NCBI RefSeq assembly: GCF_009914755.1
Contig: NC_060933.1
Strand: one strand, 5' to 3'
Length of the DNA stretch: 64,000 nucleotides
Source of the DNA: the human T2T-CHM13v2.0 reference genome, Homo sapiens
Below the pieces are notes generated by a model that did not search any database, was not told the DNA's origin, and saw only the letters and a program-made list of their open reading frames with translations. This document shows positions 28,591 to 43,698 of this stretch, in pieces. Position 1 is the first letter of the stretch, and every line of letters begins with the position of its first letter. Position numbers and translations under genes: made by a program.

Positions 28591-30921
28591 TAAGGAGAAA
28601 TGGGGAAGCAATTCCAGTTGCCATCAGTTAGGAACCTATGTCCCATCCTTCTGGATAGGGACAGTACAGACTTACTTTGCTGCCAGAGGAGCAAGTTCTT
28701 TCTGCCCTCCTGTGGGTCCTACCCCTTAGAGAACTTGGGGTTATCTAAGGGCAGCAGTAAAATAGCCACCATTCTAGAAGGATTTCTGCTCCTCAGCACA
28801 GGCCTAGAGAAGTGTTCATTCTCCAGGGACTCAGCTTCCTGGCCTCAGCTGCCTTGATGCTCTGAGTGATGAGGGAGAGCTGAGTGATGAACACAGGCCT
28901 AAGCAGTGTTGCTATCAATGTTGCTTCAAGATGAGGTGCTCCCTCTTTACTCCAGCTCCCTCAGGGATCCCTATTCCTAGTTACAGAATTTGCTTTTGCA
29001 ATTCTTTAAGGAAAAAGACCATCAAACTCTCTGCAGTCTTGGAATCTTGCTGCAAGTAGAAGGAGCCTTTCTTTTATCTGCCTGCTGTTCCTCTTCTGCT
29101 TTCAAACAGCCCAGCTTGGATGGAAACATCCTTTTTGGCCATGCCTCATTAAAGGGCATGAGAAATAGTCAACCCATTTTGACATCTTTTGACTTTAGAT
29201 CTCTTGAAGCAGCTCCTCACTACCTTGCCTCAGACAGTTCCACATTTCAGGGACCATTACCTACAAGTCCTCATTTGCAGATATCAGTTTCTGTATTATT
29301 CAGGTCTCTTTAGTTATGGAACAAAAATCCAAGTAAAATTAGCTTAACTAATAAAGCACAGTTAATGGCTCTTGTAAAAAAAGCCAGATGGGTCTGGAAT
29401 CTGGATCATTGCATCCAGATAAACAAATAATATTGTCAAGTCTTTCTCCTCCCTTCTCCCATCCCTTTCCTTCCATAACTGGTCTCAACTTTTCTTTGTG
29501 CTTGGGCTTCATTTTATCTGACTGCAGATGGCTTCATCTTGGCAAGGGCAGGGCTTAATCTCCTGGCTCATGTTATGTAGCTCAGCTCTGCCAAAGCAAG
29601 AAGAGGGGTTCTCTCTTCTCCCCATGCTTTACTGGACATAAGTTCCAGCCGATTATCCCAGCTTTGATCAAAGCTCATTCAAACTGATCAGTTTCCTCAT
29701 TCAATCTCAGTTGCTGGGGGATGGTCACGCCTAGGTCAGGTGATAGTCTTTGTGGCCAGGTGCTAAGAATCTGTGATTGGCACTCCCACCAGAATCAACC
29801 CTGTGGTTGGACTAGGGGAGGAGCAGATATCTAAGGGAAGAAGGGGAGGATGGTTGCCCTCATTAAGAAAGGAGAGAGAAGCTGCTCAGGCAAAGACAAC
29901 AGATCCCTCTTACGGTGAGTCAGATTTAATGCCAGGACCTAAAAAAAGAGCGAGCATTCAAAGGCTTGTTTTTGTTTTCTTTCCTAACTTAAACAAGAAA
30001 CGACGAAGTTGGTGGGCAGGAATCGTAATGAGGAAGTGAGCATTTCTTCCTTTGTGGAGAAGTGTACTGAGGCAGGAGGTTGTAAGAGCAGGCCCTACAT
30101 TTGTTCGCTGGGCTCTTGGAGGCTCTTGGAGAGGGAAGCCATTGCAGGTGATGACTCAGTGTGGTGGATCATGCCTCCCTCAGTTCTGCTCTGTCCAATT
30201 CTCCAAAGCCAAATAAATAGGAAGTGTGGCAGACGGATTCTTTTTAGTAGCAGTACACTTGGGCTTATTTTCATGGGCATGAGTCCACGGGAAAGCAATT
30301 ATTTTCTCTTGTTTCTTTGCTGCATCAGAGAAATGGAGCAATTTTAAAGAGGGATTTCAAAGAAACAATATTGTAATTTACAAAAAATGGGATCATGTAG
30401 TGACCGCCAAGTTGGCTGTGCTGAAATATGACTTGTTCTGAACAGCGTCCATTAGAATCTTACCATGCCAGAATCAGAAGGGATCAGAAGAGATCACAGC
30501 CAACCCTCTCACACTACACAGAAGGAAACTGAGATCCAAAGAGGAAAATGGAGTGACTTAAAGGACCCAGTGAGTTAGAGGAAGTGCAAAACCTAATACT
30601 GAGGTTTTTTAAATCCCTGCACAAGGATCTTTTCATTAACTCATTCAAGGATGCTTAATAAAGTAAATAACGGAGTGTCTGCTATAGATTTGCTTCTAAA
30701 TGTCCTTGAAAGCAGTTGATTGGAAAATTCCACCTGGTGCTGCAAGTGAAATTGCTAAATGAATTTGATTCTTGCATGCCAAAAATATCTCTACAAAGAT
30801 ATGAATTTGTCTTGGTTTAAACACTGCGAGCAACTGGATTCAGACATCAAGGTCATGGCTTTGCTCATAGCACCTTTGCCTTCCAGTGGCCTTTCTGGTC
30901 TCTGAATTCCATGGTCTGAAG

Positions 30922-31522
30922 TTTGTCTTACCGAGGAGACTACTTGACCATGTTTTTGTCATCTCTGGTACCTTCCCGGTTTCCCATCTTGATGGTCAGG
31001 CTATGCTGCTCAAGTCTGATCCCCGTGGACCTTCCTCATCACAGCAAGGCTGTGTGGAGCCATTTTCTCCTCCACACCCCCCTTGCTCTGTGCCTTGCAA
31101 CCTGGGCTGTCTGGACTATAACTCTGCAGGTTGCAGTTGGGTTCAGTCAACTGACCAGACGTGGAAAAGAAGAAGGCGAGGGTGAGGTTGAGGTGCTTAT
31201 TGCCCGGTTCCCTCTTTGTGGGATTTCCAAGGGCTGGCTGCATCCCTCCATTAAAAACCTCAGCTCCCACCAAGTGGCTCCTCCCATCACAGGACTCCCT
31301 CTCCTGGTATCAGTAGCTCTCCGTCCACTTACCTGTTCAGGCCTGGGCAGGTAACAGCACCTGGTGTTACTCATGCTTTGATGAGCCCTTTGGGGTTCTG
31401 CATTATCTCTTGTGGTTTCCCCATACCCTGCCATCCCTTTTAAAAATAATTCCTTTATTAAACTCACCTCAAGTTACCCCATTTAAGTGTGCCACCTGTT
31501 CATCTGGGACTCTGACTGATAT
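30922..31522 (+). mobile_element. ERVL-type LTR (LTR16/LTR33-like)
   Basis: 3' end ...tttattaaactcacctcaagttacccc...gggactctgactgatata typical of old ERVL LTRs. Confidence 0.5.
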
Positions 31523-33242
31523 ACTACCTGACTCCAACCTGAGACTCCATCTCCCCCAAGTCTCTGGAACATATTCTGTCCCAAGAGGGAGAATCTTTGG
31601 AGACTACTTTCAGGAGTCACTGCGTCTGCAAGTTCCTTGAACCTGAACTCCTAAGTCTGAATTGCAAATTCTCACCTTCCTCCTGAGAACAAGCCCCCAA
31701 GAACTTACAGTAGAACCTCTCACATGGAGATGGCATGAGGCCAGGAAATCAGGACCTTGAGTGAGGAGGCTGCAGAGCTGTGCTGGCTGTCTGGGATGAC
31801 ATTAGGTATCTCATATAGCAGAGGGGCAAGAAGAGGGGGTCTGGGGATCTTGAGAGAGAGCCCACTCTGGCAACGTTGGAAGCCAGAGTGTTCCTTACCT
31901 TTGGGCTGATGAGAACTAGGGGGAGGCATTTGTGTCCCTGCTTAGGCCAGAGCACTAGGAGGGGAGCGCCTGCTAGGGCCCAGCATGATGATGGCAGTGA
32001 GACTCTGCTAACTGGACTGAGAGAGCCCTCGGGGAAGGTAAAGCACAGTACTCTCCTCTCAGCATTAATGACTACCCCGCCCCCTGCAAATAGCCCACTG
32101 GTTCAAACTCCTACACCCCGTAGCTGAGCCATCCCATGGGTCTCTTAAGCTCCAAGTCCCTGTTCTGACAATCGCAAGCTATTCAATAATAGCCAGTGTC
32201 TTCTTTATTTCTATCCCTCATTGTGCTAGACACAAAATATGTTAGCTTAAGAGTAGTTTACAGTCACTTACAACCTGCCTGCTACAGACTGCCACCTGAG
32301 CCCAAAACTGTGTGGGATGGCAGTGTCACAGAAGAGATAGTTGCAAAGTTGCCCAAAGTGTTCATATTATCTCACATTTTTTCAAAGTGCTTCACGGTTT
32401 GTCATTTTCTCATGTATTATATATCAGTTAATTCTCACAATAAATCTGTTATACATATGTATATATACGTGTGTGCCTATTATGTATAATATACATATTT
32501 AACATATATAACATTTTTGTATCTCTCTATATAATGTGTCAGAAGTACAAGGCTTCAAGAAAGAAAATGACTTACCCAAGGTAATATAACAACTCAGAAT
32601 GAATCGCCTCTTTAGATTTCATGTGAGCTCATTGTGCAATATATTCGTTCTGATTATGTCTACCTTCCACTTGAGTCTGTGAGCTCGTTAAACATAGAGT
32701 CCATGGCTTATATTTTTTGTCCTACATTCCAACAAATGTGTGCATGTGTATATGTGTGTATACAATGCATCTTTAATGTTTACTGAATACCAAAACAACT
32801 AGTCATGTATCCACCAATTAGATTAGGAAATAGAATTTTACTAGTACTGTCCGAGGCTTCTCTGTGCCCCTTCCCTATATCTTAACCTCTAACCACTATT
32901 CTGAATTTCATCTTTATTATATGAATGTATCTATATTATTTAATTGTGTATGTAGCTTAAGTTTAAATAAATGGGTAAATGGTTTATTTATCCTTACCAC
33001 CATCCTCTGTCCCCACACACCCTCCATGTACACACACAGTGTCCTACATACAGTAGGTCCTTGGCCTGGCCGGGCTCTAGCATGACCAGAAAGCAACTGA
33101 CTTCCCACCATCATTTCCAAGGGCTTGAAGAAGTCTGGTCAAAGTTTGGCATTGGGTTCTGGGGAGAAAAAATCATGGGAACACAGCATCTTGGAACACC
33201 TAGCTACAATGCACGCATGCTGCTACTCCAGTGGAGTCCTTT

Positions 33243-33932
33243 TGTAATTGTTCAACAGGTTCTTCTTGCCTGCTGCACAGATAAAGCCAGTTCATGGAGA
33301 GTGCATTATTGCAGTAAAGGTTTTCATGGATAATTTTGTGGGCAGGGGTCTAGGGAATGGGTGCTGCTGATTGGTTGGGGTTGAAATCCTAGGGTAATGA
33401 AAAACAATCCTCATGCATGGAATCCTTCTCTGGGTGGGGGCCATAGGACCAGTTTACTCATGAGTCACAGGTCAAGGAGGGATCAGTTGGTTGCCAGAAT
33501 GAAAAAGTCTAAAAATCATCTCAAAACACCAATTTTAGTTTCTGCAATAGGGATGTTACCTATAGGAGCAAGTTTGGAAGTCACATATCTTGTGACTTCT
33601 GGCCTCATGACTCCTGAGCAGTAAGGGATTGTAGAAGCTACACCTACATTTTAGCAGAATTCAGGCCCCTCCCATAATCCTAATCTCATGGCCTTTCATT
33701 TGTTTTACAAAAGTGGCTTTGGTCCCTGAGCAAGGAGGAGGTTAGTTTTAGGGAGGAAGGATTATCATTCTTTGTTTCCAAGTTAAACTAGAAATCAATT
33801 ATTCCCATGGTTAGCTTGCCCTGGGTGTACCCAGGAATGAGTGAGAACAGCCAGGTTGTGAGGCTAGAAGCAAGATGGAGTTGGCCATGCTAGACTTCTC
33901 TTGCTGTCATGATTTTTACAAAGGCAGTTTTA
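33243..33932 (-). mobile_element. Solo ERV1 LTR (LTR8A/B-like)
   Basis: Reverse complement begins taaaactgcctttgtaaaaatcatgacagc...actccatcttgcttctagcctc (LTR8 5' end); 4-bp TSD CTTT. Confidence 0.8.
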
Positions 33933-35546
33933 CTTTGTAGCCACAAGTCACATAGATTCAGGGGGAAGTCCTAGTGACTGCCTTACTTGTGGAGCTCAAA
34001 AATCTTTTCTTTCTGGCCCTTGCTTCTGAGTCGCTGGTGACAAGCACCCCCAACCCCCTCACCCTTAATGATCTACCATTAACCTAATTTCCATTTCCTT
34101 ACACATTTCCCTGTCAAATTCTTGGAGAGTTTATGCCACATTTTAACAATCATTTCAACAATGCAAGCGGTTTGTGCAAGTCTTAAGAATGACATTTTTC
34201 AAACTGTAGGTCATGACCCATTAATGAGTTGTAAAGCCAACTTAGTGGGTTCAGACCAGGATTTTTAAAAAAATGAAATAGAACTGGGCATTACCTCATC
34301 AAGCACCCAGGATTACAAAAAGATCAGAATATGCTCCCAGTAGCAAGGTAGCAAGGCGTAAGTGTTATTTTGTGAAAAATGTGTGTGTGTGTGTGTGTCC
34401 CAGATCACAGTGTAAAGTGTATTTCTTTCTATAAATTATGTTCAAAAATGTTTTTAAGCCACTCCTCAAGAGGCACCTTGCCAGGGACATTGGTTGCTTG
34501 CTCATCTTCCCCCTATTCCACCTCTCCCTATGGTAGAATAATTCTGTGGTTTGGATGGGCTGTAGGAGTGGCCATGAACAGCCTGAACCAATTACCGTAA
34601 TTTCAACCCAGTTGCTACCAGGATCGGTTCAGAGGTGGTCAGCAATCCAATGCCTAGACCAACTAGGACATGTCATTCCCTGGCTACAGTCAAGGGACAC
34701 ATGACCCAATTAATCCAGGGATCCATCTTCCAGGAAATCCAACCACATCCTTTGATGGGCCTGGAAATCTTACAAAGACGTGCTTTGGAGAGGCCCTGTC
34801 TTGTCTGAAACACAAAAAAGCTATTCACTGTCCACCCCACCCCACCCTCAGACCAGAGCCTGCTGGGGAGGGAGAAGAAAAGACCAAAAAACAAACAAAT
34901 AAGACACAGGATAATTTTAAGTGACACCATTAATAACCTACTTATAAAAGTCATGGTTTTGCTACCTTAAAGAGAGCTTTGTAGGTGACCACAGGTCCTT
35001 GTCAAGCGCTGGGTTCCCTCAAGGAGTAGTTTACACATGGAAAAGACTGGGCACTTAGGAGGCTGAATGCCTAAGGAAACAGATTTGAGAATCATTGGCA
35101 CGTCCATGCCAGGGAAGGCCAGGGGCACATTTGAGGCTGTCCAGGGAGAGGTTCTAGCCAAAGGGAGAAGAGCTGGGGCAGACCCTGGGGAGCAATAGTG
35201 CCTGGAGTGGATAAAGAAAAAATTGGTCAGAGAGAAGACAGATACCACAGCGCTTGTCCTGCTGCAGTGTGGTGGACACAGATGAAAACAGTGTTCCCTC
35301 TTGTTCCCCTCTGTTAGTCTACCAAGACCTGGTCTACACTGGCCTGCCAGACTTCCAGGGCCCTGGCAATGGAGCTCTGGGCAGTGGGAGAAGTGGAGGG
35401 AGAAGGCAAACTGGATACACTTTCTAATGGGCAGATGACCTCTTGAAGGAAAGAAGGCATACAGGAAAGAGGATGGGTGGCATAAACCACATTTTGAAAG
35501 AAGGTTTAAATGTAAATTCCCTGGCATCATTAAAAATGTTGTTTTC

Positions 35547-35904
<358 letters not shown>

Positions 35905-37922
35905 TTAGACTGTTGTTTCTTTTGATGAAACATTATGATGAGAAGGCTCGGGGTGATCAGCTATACTGGAGTTATTAATACAATGCTAGAGTAGGTAATT
36001 AATTGTATGTAGCCATCTCCCTCACTAAACAGTAAGCGCCTAGAAAAAAAAAAGAGTTGAGCTGAGAGCAGGGGATCTAGCAATGCTTGACGGAGGAAGA
36101 AGAAAGGATCAGTGGAAAGATCTCCTGCTTTATTTAGTCCAGTCCCTCCAGGGGCACCTGCCCTTCCCACCTAACCCTACGTAGAAGGGCTGGGGGAGGG
36201 ACAACAGTGCAGCCCCAGGGCCTGTAGAATCGAGAGGCAAGAGCCCACCTCAGAAATAACATGGAGTCCTCTGTAAATGGAACACTAAGATCAGGTGTGG
36301 AGCAGAACCTTCCAGGAGCTCAGACACACATTCTATAAGGATGGTGGATTCCCAGCATTTTCTTCTTTCATTTCCCTTAGCTTCACAGTGAAGTTCCTTT
36401 GGAAGGTACCTCCTTGTCTCACTATCTTACCAGAAATGAGGAAGGGGTTCTGGTTTCATTCTGGGGCATGAAGGAGGAGTCAGGAGCTGTACTTTGAGGG
36501 GCTGGGTATATGACTCTGGGGCAGAGTTGGAGATGCTGGCATGGTCTGCCTCATCTGAGCAGTGCTCAGCATATGCCCAGGCTCTCTGAAATCTCTCCTA
36601 AAAATTCATCTTGGCCTCTGCTTTTGCCTTGGGTGAGTTGTTTCCCAGAGTCCCGCTCCTGCAGCCACGTTCCTCCCCAGCTTGGTTCAGCTCAACTCAG
36701 CTGTGGTGCCAGGAAGACACTGGGGCTTTTCAAGAAGAAACCCCGCCTTCTTTTCTCAGAATGCAGAGATGGCCGGGGCTCTGGGCCTCTCTGGTCTTTC
36801 CTGGAAACACCATATGGCCTAGTTCTGATGGGCTCACATGGAAAATGACATTTGCCTTGGATGTGATGAGTCCACAGAACCTCCCTTCTGGCTCTCGTTT
36901 GTTCCAGCATTTCTGAGCTGACCCCCCTGCCACCCTACCCCTGGTGTTGAGCACTGGAGACATAGCAGGCCTCAACCCTCTTGGAGATTATAGACCAGGG
37001 AACACATGGAGGGGTCAAAAACAAAAGCGATCAGGAGGGCCTCAAATGCCTCAATAAGGAGGTATGGTTTTGAGATGGAGTTCCAGGATTTGGCATGTGG
37101 AGTGGCTGAGGCATGGAGGACAGCTGGTAAGAGGAGAGTGATCATCCCTTTCTCCCAGTGGGAGCACTCACTTTTCCCCTCTGGGATGGGGCAATCAACA
37201 GCTGCTGGTCTTTGTGTAGCATCCCTTCTGAGAATGAGGGTTCCTTTGAAAAATGACTCCACCTCAACCACCCACGCCGTATGGGTCTGGTGGGGCTGCC
37301 AAACACAGTGTCATGTCCAACCTGACTTCCACCACGGTAGAAAACAGATGACCCAGGTTCAGCCAATCACAGTGCCTCAAGACCTGGCTTTGGTGATTGA
37401 TACAAGGCAGTGCTTTGCAACATAAGGCTGTACTGAACCCCATACCTCTGCTGCTTGAAAAGCAGGGTGGCAGTTTTATTTTTGTTGTTATTAGATTGGG
37501 GAGCATGTCTGACATTTAGTGGCCAGGGTGCCAAACATCAGCAGCACCCAAGACAGTGTCTTGTAACAAAGAATTGTCCTACTCCAAAGGCCAATACACT
37601 TTGTTGAAAAACCCTCACCTAAAGGATGGGGCCTGGTCCCAACTGGACCCAAGTCTATCCCTTGGGTTTTGTCTAAGAATGTCTGGCAAGAAAAGGCCTC
37701 TTTCTCTGGGTTCCCTAGCTCAAGGTGAGCCTGAAGCACCTTGGCCCTTCCCTCTATTCTGTAATGCACACAAGAAGATGTCTGAAGGAGAGAACAAGGC
37801 CAACACAGAGAAAGGCTGGGATGAGAGATGGAGACGAGAGTGTGAGATAGCCAGTGACATCATCTACCCTTGTCCTTTTCTGTTATGACAGCCAAAACAT
37901 TTTTTTTTCCTCTTTCAAGTCA

Positions 37923-38262
<340 letters not shown>

Positions 38263-38810
38263 AATACATTTAAAAAAATTTTTTTAAGAATCCTAATAAT
38301 TCTGAGGCTTCAGGAAGCAATGTTCCTTCTCTGATGATGGATGTAGGAAATACAAATTTTAGAAGGCAGCTTCAGCTCTCTATATTCTCCCAAACCTCCC
38401 TCCACACTGTCTACAAGCAGGAAACAGCTCCAGGGAAGGATTGCACAGCAAACTCGTGGCAGGAATCATTGGAAGTCAGGTCTCTTGCCTCAGAGCTTGG
38501 AACAAATACACTACCCTTGTTTAATAAAATCAAATGTAAGCTCCTGTCATTGGGGTCGGGATGTAACTATGTCCTTAATAACCCATTTGGCATTCAGGGG
38601 AAGGTACACAAAAGGAAACTTTGTCTGGGTCCACTGGGAACTTTCAAGCCGGTTGGGGCCACCACTGCTGCCCAGATCCTGTTGATTTGGCTGAAAAAGT
38701 GGGATATTCAGATGAAACTGGGAACACAGGATGCTCAAACTAAAGGGCAGGGAATTTCAAGCCTGCTACAGTTCACCCTCTTCTCCTGGGTTTTCCAGGT
38801 GAGGCAGTGA

Positions 38811-39141
<331 letters not shown>

Positions 39142-39368
39142 TGGCCAGGACTCTATAATTAGATGAAGATGGGATCTTCTGCCCTTACCATTAAGTTGGA
39201 AGGATGTATGCAAGGCTGGTACTTGCCTGACTTAGATAGAGGGGAGGCTGTGCTGCAGAAAGCAGGGAACCTGCTCACCTTTAAGTGCTTTTCTGATACT
39301 GAACTGTCAGAGCTCCTGGATCCTCTGGCATGCCCACTATTCACCAGCCCTGCCTGCCTTCCCCCTCC

Positions 39369-41508
39369 CCATTACACAGACAAAAGTCACTGTCAGGTAT
39401 TTGTTGCAGCAGAATAAAGTCTTAATTGTTGTAGGTATGGAAGGGATTCAAACTAAAGCTATTTGACAACACGGTACAAAGAAATTCAGCTTCTGACGTT
39501 ATCTCCCCATCTCTAAATACCAAATACGCTCACAGGCTCTCTTTCCTCTCCCCTCTTTCAGTTGATTTCTCCAAATGCTTGGGTTCCTGCAGGAAATTTT
39601 TTTAGTGTTTTTGAATGTTCTGTTTTGCTTTGTTTTCACTTGAACTTTTGTTATGAATGTCCAACTTTCAATGCACTAGGAACCATGGATTTATCCTTTA
39701 TTTTCTGCCTCAGAGGGACTTCTTGAGGTTTCTTAATTTATGATCAATTTTGTAAGTGTCCCATGGATACTGGAAAAAGGAAGAAGATTCTGTTTTTTTG
39801 CGCATGTGAATTTGTGTGTGAAGAGCTGTGTATATGTGTGTGTACATTTAATCTTGGTAGTTATTCTTGCTTACTTTTTTAGTGCTTCAGTTGCCAAACA
39901 GAGTTGTATTAAGCTCTCTGCAGTACTGCTGTGCTTCTGTTGAATTCTCTCATCCAATGTGAATGCTGTTGTTTGGATGTATAGTTTTAAATGTGCAAGT
40001 GAATGTGTGTGTGTATGTTTGTAGAATTAAACTTGTTCAGGTCTCCTACAAAGAGGCCACATGGCCATGTGCCCCATGTCTTATGGCCTTGTTTTTATGT
40101 TTTTGTTTTCTTTCGTTACACTTTTTCAGAACATGTGATTAAACAGAAATTTGAGCCAAGAGGAAGGGGTAGTGGCAACCTATTGAAAATCCTCACTTTG
40201 TCTTGACCACAAGGGAATCTTGCTGACTGACCAAGGGAAAAGCCAGGCTCTCCCTGAGACAATGCAACTGAATAGGGCCAACTGACAGGGAGGAAGAGTA
40301 GAGGACAATAGTGAAGCCATGCACCTAGCCAGGCAGGCAGCAGACAAGGGCAGATTGACATAGGACATGTAGCCTGTCAGCTCTGAAACTCTACCAAGAA
40401 AGCACGATGTTTTAACAGACAAAAAGAGAGTGGCAGTGGGTACTTGAATAGCACATGAGGGAGGTTGGTCTGCATGGAGCAGAAACTCCCCCACTGGGCG
40501 CAATTTGGGCCTGGGATTCCAATCTTGGAGGGAGAATGGTAAGAGGGAGGTTGGGCCAAACTTGGCGGAATTGTGGATAACACAAGGGATCACAGCAGAA
40601 GTGTAGGACACAGGCAGAAGCCTAGTGGAGGCTGTGTCGCAGGAAGGCAGGCAGAGACTGTTTAATGTCCAGGTGTCTGAGGACAGGATTAGTGCTGAGA
40701 ACTGCAGCAAATGGAGCCACAGCCTGTAGCTGTGGCACTGCCTCTCAGGACAAGAGAGAAGATGCTCAAGCCTGCTGGCCCACAGCCCTAACTCAGGGTC
40801 CAGGAAGTCTGAATCCCATTTTAGTTCTCTGATGAGGAAGGGAGGGTGCTGAAGGCCGGAGGATGTGTCTCCAGGGAAACAGGTAAAGCAGTGGGGAGTT
40901 GGGAGAGCTTAATGCACCTCTTTCTGTCTTTGGCAGATCAAGCAGTCAAAAAATTAAAAAGGATTAGCTACTAGGACTAAATAAACACACACATACACAT
41001 TCACACACAAATTAAATACACAAACACACACAAGTTAATGTGCACAAAAAATAGAATCCACTTCTGTTTTCTAGTATCCATAGGACATTTATAAAAATTA
41101 ATCCTAAAATAAGAAATACACTTCCCAAAGCCAAAAAAAAAAAACAGTATTTATCCACAGGTCAAATTCTATATCCATAGTGTATTTAAAATTAGACATT
41201 CACAACAAAAATCTGTGTGAAAACAAAACAATACAAAACACAAAACAAAATAAAACAAAACGTTTTCCTAAAGTAACCCAAGCATTTGGGGAGACCAGCT
41301 TGAAAGATGGGGATGGGGATAGACAGCCTGTGAGCATATTTTTAATGTTTGAGAAGCTGCAGAGACAATGCCAGAAGTTGAATTTCTCTGGTACTGTATT
41401 GGCAAAATAGCTTTTGTTTCGATCCTCTTTGATACCTATGCCAGTTACAATTGTATTCTGCTATGGCAGAGAACTTGGTAGTGATTTTTAAGTTCATCTG
41501 TGTAATGG
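39369..41508. repeat. Long diverged inverted repeat (arms ~39369-39918 and ~40903-41508, spacer ~1 kb)
   Basis: Five colinear exact reverse-complement anchors of 9-15 bp with gapped similarity between them (see findings). Confidence 0.85.
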
Positions 41509-42044
41509 AGGAGGTTAGGTAGTACTAGTTTTGTTCCTGGTCATTAGTTGATTGACCTTTCCGTAGACAAAAAGTAAAAATACAGGGAAATGTATCTTCC
41601 TAAATGCATTTATGAGATGGCAAGAAAATAGGAGACTCTCAGGCCAAAATTCTAAGTGAAAGAAAGAACTCAGGAGCACTGCAACTGGCTGTTGTTCTTA
41701 TGGCATTTACTGAACCAGATGAACTTGAGCTTCTGTTGTCTGGTCTCACAGGGCACAGGAAATGGGAGACAAGATCAGGGGCCATCCAAGGCCCCTGGAC
41801 ACTTCCACCATAAAGATGAGACCCCCCCCAAGGTTTACACTTCCAGTGAAAGGGTGAACCAGAAACAACTACTAATCTTCAACTGCTGGGAGGATGTAAA
41901 AACCCAGCTGCCTAGCCGAAAAGGAGAAATAATGTCATCACTGAGAATTCGGAACCACAAGCTCTCTGTCCCCCATGGTGCTTAAAGCCCGAATTCATGT
42001 TACCTATATGGTTCCAACAATAAACAAATTAAAAAACTCAAGTC

Positions 42045-42338
<294 letters not shown>

Positions 42339-42399
42339 TCAAGTCAATAATTTAGAGTAATAAAAGACTGGTAGTGGTCCAGGTGGCAAAAATAAATGC

Positions 42400-43345
42400 A
42401 AATCCTTGATAAAACTTACTTAGAAATAAATTTAACAAATGTTATGAAAGACCCCTGCCAATAAAAACTACAAAACATTGTTGAGAAAAATTAAAGATTG
42501 AAATAGATGAAGAAATATACCATGCTCATGGATGGGAAGACTCATATTGTAAAGATGTCAATTCTCCACAAATTGATTTATAGTTCAGTGCAATTCCAAT
42601 AAAAAGCATAGCAGGGTTTTTGTAGATATTGACAAACTAGAACTAAAATTTACTTGGAACTATAAATATCTTAGCATAGGCAAAACAGTATTGAAGAAGA
42701 ACGAAGCTGGAGAACTTGTTCTACCTGATTTTGAGACTTACCATAAAGTATAGTAATCAAGTCAGTGATGTTGGCATTAAAATAAACCGAAGACCAATGG
42801 GGAAAAAAGAGAGTCCATAAATAGATCCACAAATATACAAATGGTTTTTGACAGTCACCAATGCAGTTCATTGGGGAAATTTTCTTAACAAATCTTAATG
42901 AATTATCCTGGATCAACTGGATGTCAGTATAGAACAAACTGAACTTTGATTCACACCTCACGTCATACGTAAGATTTAATTCAAGATAGCTTAAAGACTT
43001 AGATGAAGAAGGTAAAACTATAAAATAACTAGAAGAAGGACATATAGGAGGAAATCTTTGTGATTGAGGGTGGGGCAGTGAAAATATTCTGCATGATACT
43101 CTCACTGTATATTCATCAAAACACATAGACAATAACAGTGAATACAAAGGTGAACTACTGACTTTGGGTGGTAATGATGTGACAGCGTAGGTTCATTGAC
43201 TGTAACAAACGTACCTCTCTGGTAGGAGGCATTGACAGTGGGAGAGGCTGTGAGTGTGGGTGAAGTCAGGGAATACATGAGAACTATGTAATTTCACATC
43301 AATTTTGCTGTGAACCTAAAACTGCTCTAAAAAATGAAGTTTATA
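42400..43345 (+). mobile_element. LINE-1 (L1MC-like ORF2 piece plus 3' end)
   Basis: catgctcatggatgggaagactcatattgtaaagatgtcaattctc; ends gctgtgaacctaaaactgctctaaaaaat. Confidence 0.8.
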
Positions 43346-43698
43346 AAAAAAAGACAAAAAAGACAGATTACTTACAAAGGAGAAACCATTAGACTACCAT
43401 CTAATTTCACATAAACAACAATGGAAGGCAGAGACAGTGAAATGATACGTTCAATTGTGGAGAGAAAACAATTATCAACCTAGAATGCTATGTTCAGTGA
43501 AAACATTGTTGAAAAATGAGGGTTAAATAAAAACATTTTCAGTCGAACAACAACTAAGATTATTTGCCACTGGTAGACTCTCACTAAAAGAAATTTTAAA
43601 ATATAAACTTCAGGAATAATAACAGTGATTTGAAGTAGAAAGTCTGAGAGGTAAAAAGAAAAACGAAGATCAGAGAAAGTGGTTAAAAAGTGTTTGTA

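Noticed and set aside
40180-40710. 176-aa minus-strand ORF in the spacer of the inverted repeat (possible transposase cargo)
   Set aside because: Non-ATG start, no DDE or other recognisable motif; the arms are not terminal-repeat-like and no TSD was seen.
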